Source: Fusobacteriaceae bacterium (lineage in GTDB: Bacteria; Fusobacteriota; Fusobacteriia; Fusobacteriales; Fusobacteriaceae). From it: a stretch of 64,000 bases of DNA. Location: contig CAAFPW010000002.1 in the NCBI GenBank assembly GCA_900764925.1, forward strand, positions 7,563-71,562, in the 5' to 3' direction. The notes under the pieces are model-generated. The model saw nothing but the letters and a program-made list of their open reading frames with translations, had not been told where the DNA came from and made no database searches. Positions 30,625-40,924 of this stretch are shown piece after piece; positions within the stretch are counted from its first letter, which is position 1, and the number at the start of each line of letters is the position of its first letter. The position numbers and the translations under genes are program-made.

Positions 30625-30652
30625 CTACTTTACCTATTTATCTACAATTCTA

Positions 30653-31654
30653 CTATCCTACTATTTGATATTTTTTCATAAACTCTTCTACTTTTGCTAC
30701 ATCTACTACTGGTACTTTTGAGATTTGATTATTGATTCTAACCTCTATCTCATCTTTACCCTTACACTTTGAATATCTTGAGAATAACTCTTTTACTGAG
30801 TTCATCTCTTCCTCTGTAAACTCTCCAAAACCTAACATATGAGGTCCTGGCACTCTGTGTCCACAGAGATAAAAACTTCCTAACTCTCTATATCCTGCTA
30901 TTTTTTCATTTCCTTCTTGATCTCTACCTACAAATAGATACTTTCCTTTTTCCAATCTATAAAATCTGCTCTTTTTAATTAAATGGAAAAGGAAAGAGTA
31001 TTCCTCTTCAAGATAACCATCTTTTTCCAATATTGATAGTCTATCAGAAAAAGCTGGATCTGTCAAGAGACAACCTCCACCTGGACTTGGATACTCCACC
31101 AATCCATATTTTTCCATAAGTTCCATCTGTACATGTCTACTTCTTCCTTGAATATCCAAAAGTTTTTCTCTATCTATCCATCCTTCTAACTCTGGTTTAC
31201 TTGGTGGTAAAAGTTTAGCTGATAGAGGTCTAACTATTAATTCATCCATACCTGAAAGTTTTTTTACCTTTTCTAAAGCAGCTGCATTTTGTGACATAGG
31301 TCTTTGACCTAATACCTCACCAGAGATTACAAAGTCAGCATCATATTTTTCTAAAAGTTCCCCTGCCACTTTAAACATAAGAGAGTGACAATCTATACAT
31401 GGATTCATATTTTTTCCTCTTCCATATACAGGATTTTTTACTACCTCTGTATGTCTTCTTTCAAAGTGTACGTACTCAACTTTTATTCCTAACTGTTCAG
31501 CCATTTTTTCAGCTTTCTCATTTTTTCCACCAAAAAAATGTGATACAAAGTTTAATCCAATAACTTCTATCCCCTGATCTTTTACAACTTTTATTGCTAA
31601 AGCACTATCAAGTCCTCCTGAAAATAGTGCTAACGCTCTTCTTTTTTCCTTCAC
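30653..31654 (-). CDS. PP-loop tRNA sulfurtransferase-like protein (ThiI/MnmA-like, no THUMP domain)
   Basis: SGGLDS, PCIDCH, GEVLGQRPMSQ, GGCLLTDP. Confidence 0.8.
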   Translation of the reverse strand: MKEKRRALALFSGGLDSALAIKVVKDQGIEVIGLNFVSHFFGGKNEKAEKMAEQLGIKVEYVHFERRHTEVVKNPVYGRGKNMNPCIDCHSLMFKVAGELLEKYDADFVISGEVLGQRPMSQNAAALEKVKKLSGMDELIVRPLSAKLLPPSKPELEGWIDREKLLDIQGRSRHVQMELMEKYGLVEYPSPGGGCLLTDPAFSDRLSILEKDGYLEEEYSFLFHLIKKSRFYRLEKGKYLFVGRDQEGNEKIAGYRELGSFYLCGHRVPGPHMLGFGEFTEEEMNSVKELFSRYSKCKGKDEIEVRINNQISKVPVVDVAKVEEFMKKYQIVG

Positions 31655-31656
31655 TT

Positions 31657-32175
31657 CTACCTCTCTTCTCTTCCAAAATCCTTAAAAATTCTAGGATTCA
31701 TAGTTTTCTTATCCTCATAATATACCTTCATACTCTTAGGAACTATTGTGTAAACTTTTTTACTGATAACTAGATAGTTCGATTCCTTTACAGTCATAGC
31801 TCCAGATAAAAAGTTCATAAGTCTAATTGCAGTATCCTCATCTAAGTATTCAAGGTTAAGAGTAACCATCTTATCCGCTCTTATATAATCAACTATTTTT
31901 CTACAATCAGAAAAAGTTTTAGGGTCTAAAAAGATTGTTTGGCAATTACTTCCACTACTAATTTCATTTTCTAAACTTGAAGTTTGTTTCTGCTTAAACG
32001 GAGTGTGTGGAACATGAGAAGTTGTAACTGTTTCTTTCTCTTGCTCTACATTCCCTCTATTTACCTCAACTTCTGTGATTCCACTCTCTTCAAACTCTAA
32101 CTCTTCCTCTGTTTCTACACCATCTGGAAATCCTAAAAATTCTTTTAAGCTTTCCCATGTTTTCTTCTTACTCAT
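31657..32175 (-). CDS. sepF: Cell division protein SepF
   Basis: P.TFSD...I.D...VTLNL...RLMNFLSGA; adjacent to yggS. Confidence 0.85.
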   Translation of the reverse strand: MSKKKTWESLKEFLGFPDGVETEEELEFEESGITEVEVNRGNVEQEKETVTTSHVPHTPFKQKQTSSLENEISSGSNCQTIFLDPKTFSDCRKIVDYIRADKMVTLNLEYLDEDTAIRLMNFLSGAMTVKESNYLVISKKVYTIVPKSMKVYYEDKKTMNPRIFKDFGREER

Positions 32176-32190
32176 CTACTCTCCTCCTTA

Positions 32191-32883
32191 TCACTCATAT
32201 ATTTTTCTTCCTACTCTTATGAGAGTAGCTCCCTCTTCCAGAGCAATCTTATAGTCATTTGTCATTCCCATAGATAACTCTGTCAGTCTTCCCTCAAAAT
32301 ACTTTTCATTGAGCTCATTTTTTATCTCATGTAACCTTTTGAATACTCCCCTTACAATAGTTTCATCCTCTACAAAGGGAGCCATTGTCATCAATCCTTT
32401 AATATTTATATTTTTAAGTTCCATAAGTTGAGGTAACTCTCTATACAACTCTTCTAAATCATATCCCTCTTTACTCTCTTCTCCAGCTATGTTTATCTCC
32501 AACAAAACATCTATTACTCTACTGTTTTGTAGAGCTCTCTTATCTATCTCCTGAGCTAAAGATAGTTTATTTACTGAGTGAATTAGCTCTATGAAAGGAG
32601 CTATGTACTTAACCTTATTTTTTTGAAGATTTCCTATAAAGTGCCACTCTATATCATCTCTTCCCTCTGTACTATATCTTTCATATTTCTCTTTTATAAC
32701 CTGAGCCTTATTTTCTCCAAAAACCTTTACACCACAGTTTAAAATCTCATCCATAGTCTCTGGTGTCACATACTTAGTTACTGCTATAAATTTTACTTTA
32801 TCAGGATAAACTGAGTGCTTTCTAATATCCTCTTGAATCTCTTGAATATTATTTTTTATATTGCTCATATTTTTCAACTCCAT
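32191..32883 (-). CDS. yggS: PLP homeostasis protein YggS/PLPBP
   Basis: AVTK, GEN, WHFIGNLQKNK, LSMGMTND, RVGR. Confidence 0.95.
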   Translation of the reverse strand: MELKNMSNIKNNIQEIQEDIRKHSVYPDKVKFIAVTKYVTPETMDEILNCGVKVFGENKAQVIKEKYERYSTEGRDDIEWHFIGNLQKNKVKYIAPFIELIHSVNKLSLAQEIDKRALQNSRVIDVLLEINIAGEESKEGYDLEELYRELPQLMELKNINIKGLMTMAPFVEDETIVRGVFKRLHEIKNELNEKYFEGRLTELSMGMTNDYKIALEEGATLIRVGRKIYE

Positions 32884-33960
32884 CTAAATAAATTCATCTA
32901 ATACATCATTAGCAAGCATTATTCCCTTTCTTGTCAAAAGAAAACTCTCTCCATCTCTATATAAAAAACCTCTTTTTTCTAGAGATATACACCTTTCTAA
33001 ATACTTTTCACTAGGGATAACTCCCCTCTTTAGAAGCCTAAATCCCAACATATATCTATACTGCTCTTTAGATTCTAAATCCACCTCTTCACTTTCATAT
33101 ATAGGTAGTATCTCTCTATCTATATTATCATAATATTTAGAAAATTGCACCTGATTTTTATATCTTTTCTTTCCAATATATCCAGATGCCCCCACCCCTA
33201 TTCCTAAATACTCTCTATTTTCCCAATACTTAGAATTGTGTCTGGCCTCTCTATCAGGAAGAGAAAAATTAGATATCTCATAGTGAATATATCCAGCAGC
33301 TGTGGCTGTATCTATTATATATTCAAACATCTGTGCTTCTAATTCATTGTCAGTTTCACTATAAACTCCCTCTTCTAATTTTTTAAAAAAAGGTGTTCCC
33401 TCTTCCCAAATTAGTGAATATATCGAAAAATGTTCAGGTCTTAATTTTAACAATCTATCCAAGTCTTCTTTTACCATTTCCAATGTTTGATTGGGCAATG
33501 AAAACATGAGATCCAAACTTATATTATCAAATCCGGCTTCCCTAGCTTGAGTATAAGTTTCAACTCCCTCCTCTGCACTATGTTTTCTTCCCAATAGCTT
33601 TAGCATCTCATCATCAAAAGTTTGAATTCCAATACTTAATCTATTTATTCCAGCCTCTTTAAGTCCTTTCAATTTTTCTAAATCCACAGTTTTAGGATTT
33701 ACCTCTAAAGTAACTTCAGCTCCCTCTTTTATCTTAAGTTTTTTTATTATCCTCTCTACATCCTTACAATTTAAAAGGGAGGGAGTACCCCCTCCAAAAT
33801 AAACTGTATCATACTCATACTCTGGGTATAAGTCTATCTCTTTTAAAATGTAATCTACATACTTTTCTCTCTCCTCTTTTTTAGAGATGAAAGATAAAAA
33901 GTCACAGTAATTACAAATACTCATGCAGAAAGGTATATGGATATATACTCCATCTACCAT
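32884..33960 (-). CDS. hemW: Radical SAM heme chaperone HemW (HemN-like)
   Basis: YIHIPFCMSICNYCDF, GGGTPS, YEISNF, HNSKYW. Confidence 0.9.
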   Translation of the reverse strand: MVDGVYIHIPFCMSICNYCDFLSFISKKEEREKYVDYILKEIDLYPEYEYDTVYFGGGTPSLLNCKDVERIIKKLKIKEGAEVTLEVNPKTVDLEKLKGLKEAGINRLSIGIQTFDDEMLKLLGRKHSAEEGVETYTQAREAGFDNISLDLMFSLPNQTLEMVKEDLDRLLKLRPEHFSIYSLIWEEGTPFFKKLEEGVYSETDNELEAQMFEYIIDTATAAGYIHYEISNFSLPDREARHNSKYWENREYLGIGVGASGYIGKKRYKNQVQFSKYYDNIDREILPIYESEEVDLESKEQYRYMLGFRLLKRGVIPSEKYLERCISLEKRGFLYRDGESFLLTRKGIMLANDVLDEFI

Positions 33961-33972
33961 TATCTCCTCCTA

Positions 33973-35703
33973 CTATAGTGTATCTACGTATTTTAAGAAC
34001 TCCTCTTTTACATGTGCAAGTTTATCATTAGCACCTTTATCAGTAGAATCTACTACACATAGATAGTATTTTATCTTTGGCTCTGTTCCAGATGGTCTCA
34101 CTGTAATATAAGTTTTGTCCTCTAGTATGAATTGGATAACATCTGCCTTTGGTAAATCTATCTTCTTAGTTTCTCCAGTTACACAATTTTTCTCAACTTG
34201 TAATTTATAATCTTTGCAGATTGAAACTTTTTTACCACAGATTACACTATGCTCTTTGTTTCTCATATTTTCCATTATTTTTCCAATCTCTTCTAAACCA
34301 GTTTTTCCAGTTTTTGTTATAGAAACTGTTTCCTCTTTGTACCATCCATATTTTTCATATAGTTTATTTAATTCTCTATAAAGAGTAGATCCAATACTAT
34401 CATAGTAAGCTGCCATCTCAGCAATCATAAGTGAAGCTACAACAGCATCTTTATCTCTTACATGTGTTCCTACTAAATATCCAATTGATTCTTCAAATCC
34501 AAATAGATAAGTTCCATCTAACTCTTTGTTTTCAAACTGTCTAATTTTTTCTCCTATATATTTGAATCCTGTTAATGTTCTAAATAATTGAACTTTTTTA
34601 TCTTCAGCTATTACATCTAACATAGGTGTTGAAACTATTGTAGAGATAACTGCTCCATTAGCTGGAAGGTTTTTATTCATTTCTAATAGATAGTTCATAA
34701 GTAATATTCCAAGTTGGTTTCCATTAGGATAATACCAATTTCCATTGTCATCTTTTATAGCTATTCCTGTTCTATCAGCATCTGGGTCATTTGCTAGACA
34801 GATATTAGCTCCTATCTTATCTGCTAAATCTGTACTTAATTTAAATACTGATTTATCTTCAGGGTTAGCATAAGAACAAGTTGGGAACATTCCATCTGGC
34901 ATCTCTTGCTCAGGTACTGTATATACAGACTCAAATCCCATCTCTTTTAAAACTCTTTGAACTGCTACTCTTCCAGTTCCATGTAATGGAGAGTAAACTA
35001 TTTTAAAATCTTTTTTATTTGGTAGATCTCTATTGATAGCTTGTTTTTCAACTTCCTCTATAAATCTGTCATCTACAGCTTTTCCAATATACTCTAAAAG
35101 TCCTTTAGCTTTTGCTTCCTCTTCACTTATCATTTTTATATCTTTAAATAGATCTACTGAGTTTACAGCATTTACTACCCCACTTGCTTGAGGTTCTACT
35201 ATTTGTGCTCCATCTTCCCAATAAACTTTGTATCCATTGTACTCTTGTGGATTGTGAGAAGCTGTTACCATAACACCAGCTTGAGCTTTTAATTCTCTTG
35301 TAGCAAATGATAACTCTGGTGTTGATCTTAAAGATTCAAATAGATAAGCTTTTATTCCATTTCCTGCAAGTACAAGAGCTGTATTTAATGCATATTCAGT
35401 AGAACCTATTCTACAGTCATAAGCAATTGCAACTCCTCTTTTAGCTCCCTCTTCTCCTGTAGTTTCTAAAATATAATTAGCTAGCCCTTGAGTAGCTTTT
35501 CTGATGTTGTAGTTGTTTATTCTATTTCTTCCTACTCCTCTTACTCCTCTCATTCCAGCTGTCCCAAAACTTAAATCTGTATAAAATCTATTTTCTATCT
35601 CTTTTTCATCCTCTTTTATACTCAAAAGTTCATCTCTGTCCTCTTTAGTTATTACCTCAGATTCTAACCACATCTTGTAATAATCTTGATAATTCTTTTC
35701 CAT
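33973..35703 (-). CDS. pgm: Phosphoglucomutase/phosphomannomutase
   Basis: FGTAGMRG, TASHNP, DPDADR, RPSGTEPK. ATG 35703 behind GGAGG (track start 35718). Confidence 0.92.
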   Translation of the reverse strand: MEKNYQDYYKMWLESEVITKEDRDELLSIKEDEKEIENRFYTDLSFGTAGMRGVRGVGRNRINNYNIRKATQGLANYILETTGEEGAKRGVAIAYDCRIGSTEYALNTALVLAGNGIKAYLFESLRSTPELSFATRELKAQAGVMVTASHNPQEYNGYKVYWEDGAQIVEPQASGVVNAVNSVDLFKDIKMISEEEAKAKGLLEYIGKAVDDRFIEEVEKQAINRDLPNKKDFKIVYSPLHGTGRVAVQRVLKEMGFESVYTVPEQEMPDGMFPTCSYANPEDKSVFKLSTDLADKIGANICLANDPDADRTGIAIKDDNGNWYYPNGNQLGILLMNYLLEMNKNLPANGAVISTIVSTPMLDVIAEDKKVQLFRTLTGFKYIGEKIRQFENKELDGTYLFGFEESIGYLVGTHVRDKDAVVASLMIAEMAAYYDSIGSTLYRELNKLYEKYGWYKEETVSITKTGKTGLEEIGKIMENMRNKEHSVICGKKVSICKDYKLQVEKNCVTGETKKIDLPKADVIQFILEDKTYITVRPSGTEPKIKYYLCVVDSTDKGANDKLAHVKEEFLKYVDTL

Positions 35704-35914
35704 AAGTTGCCTCCTCAATATTTTATATTAGTCAAAGTTTTAACTATATTATACCCTATTCTTTCAAATTATTTAACTATTTATTTTAAAAAAACACTCT
35801 TTTTTTTCATTTGTACTTATAATTTATTCACACACTTATTTTCCTTTTTTCGAACATAACAAATATTATTAATATAAAGACATATAAAAATATACTATCA
35901 TTTATTTTTTATAT

Positions 35915-35944
35915 TTGAAATATTTTAAAATTATATGTTATACT
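35915..35944 (+). promoter_or_regulatory. Sigma70-type promoter of gltS
   Basis: TTGAAA-N18-TATACT with TG extension. Confidence 0.5.
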
Positions 35945-36010
35945 TTAGATGAATTTAATTAAGTTAATAATAAAAATAAAATAAATCAATGATAAGAAGG
36001 AGATGATAAA

Positions 36011-37198
36011 ATGACCATTCATTTAACAACTATTCAAACTATGGCATTAGCGGTTATAGTATTCTATTTAGGGAAAACACTAAATAATAAAATAAAATTT
36101 TTGAAAGATAATTGCATACCAGATGCGGTAACTGGAGGAACGGTGTTTTCTATTCTAACACTAATAGGATATGAAACTGGATTGTTCACTTTTATCTTTG
36201 AAGATTCTTTAAAAGATATTTTTATGATAGCCTTTTTTACTACTGTAGGGTTCTCAGCAAGTATAAAACTACTTAAAAAGGCTGGTTTACCTGTATTTAT
36301 GTTTTTATTAGCTGCTGTACTTTTAGCTTTTTTACAAAATGTAGCTGGTATAGCTATGGCAAAAGTTTTACATGTCAATCCTATGATTGGACTTGCTACT
36401 GGTTCTTTGGCTACAACAGGTGGACCTGGAACAGCTGGAGCTTTTGGTCCAATTATGGAAAGCTTTGGAACTCCTGGGGCTACAATGGTGGCTATGGCAA
36501 CAGCAACTTATGCCCTTATAGCTGGAAGTATTATAGCTGGTCCTATATGTAAAAGACTTATTGAAAAGAAGAAACTGATAGAGAAAAGAGTTACTCTTGC
36601 TGAGTTTGAAGGACATGATGAAAAGGTAACAACTTTAAATTTAAAAAATGTAGTTCCTACAGGTTTCCAAATAATTATAGCTATGGGAGCTGGAAGTATC
36701 ATATCTAAATTTTTAAATGATATGGGATTGGTATTACCACCATATATCGGCTCTATGTTCGCTGCTTCAATTATGAGAAACTTAGCTGATGAAACTGGAA
36801 AATTCTCAATAGATTTAGATGTTGTATCAGTAATTGGAAGTTTTACCCTTGCTATGTTCCTGTCTATGACTTTGATGAGCTTTAAATTATGGGAATTAAA
36901 AGAGTTAGCTCTTCCTTTAATAATAATGTTAATTGGACAAACAGTACTTATGGGAGCATTTGCTTATTTTGTAACTTTTTCACTCACTGGTAGAGATTAT
37001 GATGCTGCAGTAATGACTGGTGGACATTGTGGTTGTGGTTTTGGAACTACTCCTAAGGCTCTAGCTAATATGGAAGCTTTAACAGCTAAATATCTTCCTT
37101 CACCTAAGGCTTTCTTTGTAATACCAATAGTAGGAGGACTATTTATAGACTTCTTCAATGCTGCTATAATAACTTTCTTTATCAATTTGTTAAGATAG
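36011..37198 (+). CDS. gltS: Sodium/glutamate symporter (ESS family)
   Basis: IPDAVTGG, FFTTVG, GGPGT, DYDAAV...GHCG.GFG.TP.ALANM. Confidence 0.9.
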   Translation: MTIHLTTIQTMALAVIVFYLGKTLNNKIKFLKDNCIPDAVTGGTVFSILTLIGYETGLFTFIFEDSLKDIFMIAFFTTVGFSASIKLLKKAGLPVFMFLLAAVLLAFLQNVAGIAMAKVLHVNPMIGLATGSLATTGGPGTAGAFGPIMESFGTPGATMVAMATATYALIAGSIIAGPICKRLIEKKKLIEKRVTLAEFEGHDEKVTTLNLKNVVPTGFQIIIAMGAGSIISKFLNDMGLVLPPYIGSMFAASIMRNLADETGKFSIDLDVVSVIGSFTLAMFLSMTLMSFKLWELKELALPLIIMLIGQTVLMGAFAYFVTFSLTGRDYDAAVMTGGHCGCGFGTTPKALANMEALTAKYLPSPKAFFVIPIVGGLFIDFFNAAIITFFINLLR

Positions 37199-37217
37199 GT
37201 ATGTCATAGTTTAAAAT

Positions 37218-37280
37218 AAATAAAGAGCAAGTATGGTTTCCAAAATTCTAAGGGATTTGGCTCTCTAACTTGCTCTATTT
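37218..37280. terminator. Hairpin between convergent gltS and racemase genes
   Basis: AGAGCAAGT...ACTTGCTCT outer stem with inner CCAAA/TTTGG stem, A/T tails. Confidence 0.6.
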
Positions 37281-37294
37281 ATTTTTTAGTTTTT

Positions 37295-37984
37295 TTACTT
37301 TATAGAAAGAAGGGCAGCTTTCTCAGCATGAATTTTTGTAGTATCAAAAACAGGAAGTAAAGTATCATTTTGATTTATTAAGAGTCCTATCTCTGTACAA
37401 CCTAATATAACTCCCTCAGCTCCTTTTTTAGATAATTTTTCAATAATCTCAATATACTTTTTCTTTGAAGTATCTAATACTTTTCCAAGACACAACTCAT
37501 TATATATAACATTATTTACAATCTCAACATCTTGCTCATCTGGAATAATTACAGAAATACCCCCCTCTTCAAGTTTTAATTTATAAAAATCCTGTGTCAT
37601 TGTATATTTTGTCCCAAGAAGAGCAACTTTTTTTATAGAGTTTTCTTTTAGCTTATCACAAGTAGCTTCAGCAATATGAATAATAGGAATACTTATTTGA
37701 CTCTGAATTTGTGGAGCAACCTTATGCATTGTGTTGGTACAGATTACAATATAATCAGCCCCAGCCTTTTCAAGTTTAATTGCTACCTCTGATAAAATCT
37801 TAGCACTTTTATCCCAATCTCCTTCAGCTTGACACTTTTCAATTTCATCAAAGTCAACACTATACAAAAGAATTTTTCCCGAATGAAGTCCACCAAGTTC
37901 TTTTTTTATAGTTTCATTTATAATTTGATAATAAGTAACTGTACTTTCCCAACTCATTCCACCAATAAGTCCAATAGTTTTCAT
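37295..37984 (-). CDS. Aspartate/glutamate racemase family (YgeA/RacX-like)
   Basis: GLIGGMSWEST, ICTNTMH, LGCTEI. Confidence 0.92.
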   Translation of the reverse strand: MKTIGLIGGMSWESTVTYYQIINETIKKELGGLHSGKILLYSVDFDEIEKCQAEGDWDKSAKILSEVAIKLEKAGADYIVICTNTMHKVAPQIQSQISIPIIHIAEATCDKLKENSIKKVALLGTKYTMTQDFYKLKLEEGGISVIIPDEQDVEIVNNVIYNELCLGKVLDTSKKKYIEIIEKLSKKGAEGVILGCTEIGLLINQNDTLLPVFDTTKIHAEKAALLSIK

Positions 37985-38024
37985 AAATTTCCTCCTTAAA
38001 ATTTTATATATTTGAATATTATTA

Positions 38025-38065
38025 AAGGGATATCACACCTTTATATTTGGTAATATCCCTCTTTT
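38025..38065 (-). terminator. Probable mgtE terminator
   Basis: AGGGATAT...ATATCCCT inverted repeat. Confidence 0.5.
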
Positions 38066-38083
38066 ATTTTAATTATTTTATTT

Positions 38084-39430
38084 TTAAGCTAAATGTAAAT
38101 AGTGAGTAGACACTAAGAAAAATACAATAAGAGCACAGGCATCAATTATTGTAGTAATAAGTGGACTTGCTATAATAGCTGGATCTAACTTAAATCCTTT
38201 AGCCACTATTGGAAGTGTACTTCCTACAACCTTAGCTATAATTATTGTAATAAATAGACTTAGAGATATAGCAAAAGAAACTTTATAATCTATATCACTC
38301 AAATGGTAAATAATCAAGAAGTTTACTACTGATAAAACTATACCTATCAATACACTTACTCTCAACTCTTTCCAAAATATCTCCCAGATATCTGAAAGCT
38401 CTATTTCCTCCAAAGCTATCCCACGAGTTATTAGTGTAGAAGCTTGTGAACCAGCATTTCCACCAGTAGACATAAGCATAGGAATGAAAGATATAAGTAC
38501 CATCGCTGATTGTAAAACTCCCTCATACTTTCTAATTATGATTCCAGTAAAAGTAGCAAGTATCATAAGTATCAAAAGCCACACTATTCTCTGTCTCACC
38601 AAAGAAAAAACTGACTCTTTTAGATACTCCTCATCTGATGGAGCCATAGCTGCCATTTTTTGCATATCTTCAGTATTCTCTTGGTCAATTACATCCACCA
38701 CATCATCTATTGTGATAATTCCAACAAGTCTATCTTCATTATCTACAACAGGCATAGATGTCAAATCATACTTTCTAAAATCAGAAGCTATATTCTCTTG
38801 GTCATCAGTTGTATGACAACTTACAAAATTTGTCTCCATAGCCTCTATAAGAGGAACATCATCATCTAAAAATATCAACTTCTTAAGAGAGATATAACCC
38901 ACAAGTTTTCTTTGATTATCTATTATATAACAGATATCAATAGTTTCATTATCAATTCCAAATCTTTTGATAGAGTGTAGTGCTTGTCCAATATTCATAT
39001 CATTTTTCAAAGAAACATACTCTACAGTCATAACACTACCAGCACTATTTTCTGGATATCTCAAAAATTGGTTAATAAGATTTCTCATATCTGATGTAGT
39101 ATTTTGAAGTATCTTATCTACAATATTTGCTGGCATCTCCTCTATAAAATCCACAGTGTCATCAATAAACATATCGTTTACTATATTACGTATCTCCTCA
39201 TCAGTTATGTTTTCAATGATCTCCTGTTGTTTATCAGAAGAAAGATAAGAAAATATATCAGCTGACAAGCTCTTAGGTAAAATTCTAAAAAGCTTTAAAC
39301 TTTGCTCCTTGCTCATATCCTCAAAAAATTCTGCAATATCAACAGGTTGCATATCAACTAATAACTCCCTCACTTTGTTAAGCTGATTAGTCTCTAAAAA
39401 ATGAAAAATATCTTCCAACGGAACCTCCAT
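38084..39430 (-). CDS. mgtE: Magnesium transporter MgtE
   Basis: YPENSAGSVM, CBS pair, GIITIDD, GGNAGSQ, DPA..P.ITT..D. ATG 39430 with GGAGG (alternative GTG 39445). Confidence 0.94.
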   Translation of the reverse strand: MEVPLEDIFHFLETNQLNKVRELLVDMQPVDIAEFFEDMSKEQSLKLFRILPKSLSADIFSYLSSDKQQEIIENITDEEIRNIVNDMFIDDTVDFIEEMPANIVDKILQNTTSDMRNLINQFLRYPENSAGSVMTVEYVSLKNDMNIGQALHSIKRFGIDNETIDICYIIDNQRKLVGYISLKKLIFLDDDVPLIEAMETNFVSCHTTDDQENIASDFRKYDLTSMPVVDNEDRLVGIITIDDVVDVIDQENTEDMQKMAAMAPSDEEYLKESVFSLVRQRIVWLLILMILATFTGIIIRKYEGVLQSAMVLISFIPMLMSTGGNAGSQASTLITRGIALEEIELSDIWEIFWKELRVSVLIGIVLSVVNFLIIYHLSDIDYKVSFAISLSLFITIIIAKVVGSTLPIVAKGFKLDPAIIASPLITTIIDACALIVFFLVSTHYLHLA

Positions 39431-39574
39431 ATAAAAAACCTCCACATATAAAAATCTTCTCCCTATAGATTACCATTTTAATTGAAAAAAGGCAAATAAA
39501 AATTCTATATTACTACAAATTAATCTATAAATATTGTATAATATAATTGTATGAAAAATTAGGAGGATGTATCA

Positions 39575-40879
39575 ATGAATATAAAAGCTAGAGTGATCAG
39601 CTTAATAAGAGAGGTAGAGAATGGAAAATTCTCCAATATAGCCCTCAATGAGTATTTTAAAGAGAATCCCCTCAGCAAAAAAGAGAGAGGATTTATCACT
39701 GAACTTTTTTATGGAGTGATTAGAAATAAGATATTTCTTGATTATGAGATAGATAAGAGAACTACCACTATTAAAAAAGATTGGATTAGAAATCTTTTAA
39801 GAATCTCTATGTATCAGATGACTTTTATGAAAAGTGATGACAAGGGAGTTATCTGGGAAGGAACAGAACTAGCCAAGAAAAAATTTGGAGTCCCTGTTGG
39901 AAAATTTATAAACGGTGTCTTGAGAAGTTATCAAAGAGACTGGGAAAAGGATGTACAGGAATTAAAAGAGAGTGGAAAAAACTACATATATCTCTCATAT
40001 CCAGAGTGGTTTTACAACAAGTTTGTAGAGGAGTATGGAATAGAGGAGGGAGAAAAATTTTTACAATCTCTTAAAAAAATTCCATATATCAGCTTTAGAG
40101 TAAATACTTTAAAATATAGCTGTGATGAGTTTGAAAAATTTCTACAAGAGAAAAAGATAGATATCATAAAAAAAGTTGATACAGTTTACTATGTAGATTC
40201 TGGAATCTTACTATATAGTGATGAGTTTAAAGAGGGAAAAGTAATAGTTCAAGATGGTTCTTCATATCTTTCAGCTAGAAACCTCAACCCTCAACCTAAT
40301 GAGTCTGTTTTAGACACATGTAGTGCTCCAGGAGGTAAGACTGCTGTACTAGGTGAACTTATGAAAAATAGTGGCGAGCTTTTAGCATTGGATATATACC
40401 CTCATAAGTTAAAACTTATTGAGGAGAACTGTCATAAGTGTGGAGTGACTATTGTTCAACCTGTAAAGATGGATGCTAGAAAACTGAAGGAGCAAGGGAA
40501 AAAATTTGATAAGATTTTAGTAGATGCTCCATGTAGTGGTTATGGTGTTCTTAGAAAAAAACCTGAAGCTATCTACAATAAAAATGCTGAAAATGTAGAG
40601 GAGTTAGCTAAACTTCAATTGGAAATTTTAGAGTCTGCTGCACAGGTATTAAAAGATAACGGTGAACTAGTATATAGTACTTGTACCATCTTAAAAGAGG
40701 AAAACGGAGAGAATATAAAAAAATTCCTAGATAAGTACCCTCAATTTGAAACAGCTGAGCTCTATATTCCAGAAAATGTAAATGGTACCTACGATAGTGT
40801 AGGAGGGTTTACTGTGGACTATAACGAGGATATCTTAGATGGATTTTATATAGTGAAACTAAGAAAATTATCTTCATAG
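39575..40879 (+). CDS. rsmB: 16S rRNA m5C967 methyltransferase RsmB
   Basis: NusB-like N-terminus, CSAPGGKT, DAPCSG, YSTCT. Confidence 0.93.
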   Translation: MNIKARVISLIREVENGKFSNIALNEYFKENPLSKKERGFITELFYGVIRNKIFLDYEIDKRTTTIKKDWIRNLLRISMYQMTFMKSDDKGVIWEGTELAKKKFGVPVGKFINGVLRSYQRDWEKDVQELKESGKNYIYLSYPEWFYNKFVEEYGIEEGEKFLQSLKKIPYISFRVNTLKYSCDEFEKFLQEKKIDIIKKVDTVYYVDSGILLYSDEFKEGKVIVQDGSSYLSARNLNPQPNESVLDTCSAPGGKTAVLGELMKNSGELLALDIYPHKLKLIEENCHKCGVTIVQPVKMDARKLKEQGKKFDKILVDAPCSGYGVLRKKPEAIYNKNAENVEELAKLQLEILESAAQVLKDNGELVYSTCTILKEENGENIKKFLDKYPQFETAELYIPENVNGTYDSVGGFTVDYNEDILDGFYIVKLRKLSS

Positions 40880-40924
40880 AGTTTTCATCATATAGCTTAG
40901 ATAAATAGATTAGAAAGGAAAAGT

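Noticed and set aside
30516..30652. Glycine riboswitch upstream of AGCS symporter
   Set aside because: The minus-strand sequence lacks recognisable glycine-aptamer motifs (GGAGA...CCGAAG...CUCUCAGG-type); only an AT-rich hairpin is present.
39431..39574. M-box/Mg2+ riboswitch upstream of mgtE
   Set aside because: Short, almost pure AT divergent promoter region with no structured leader.
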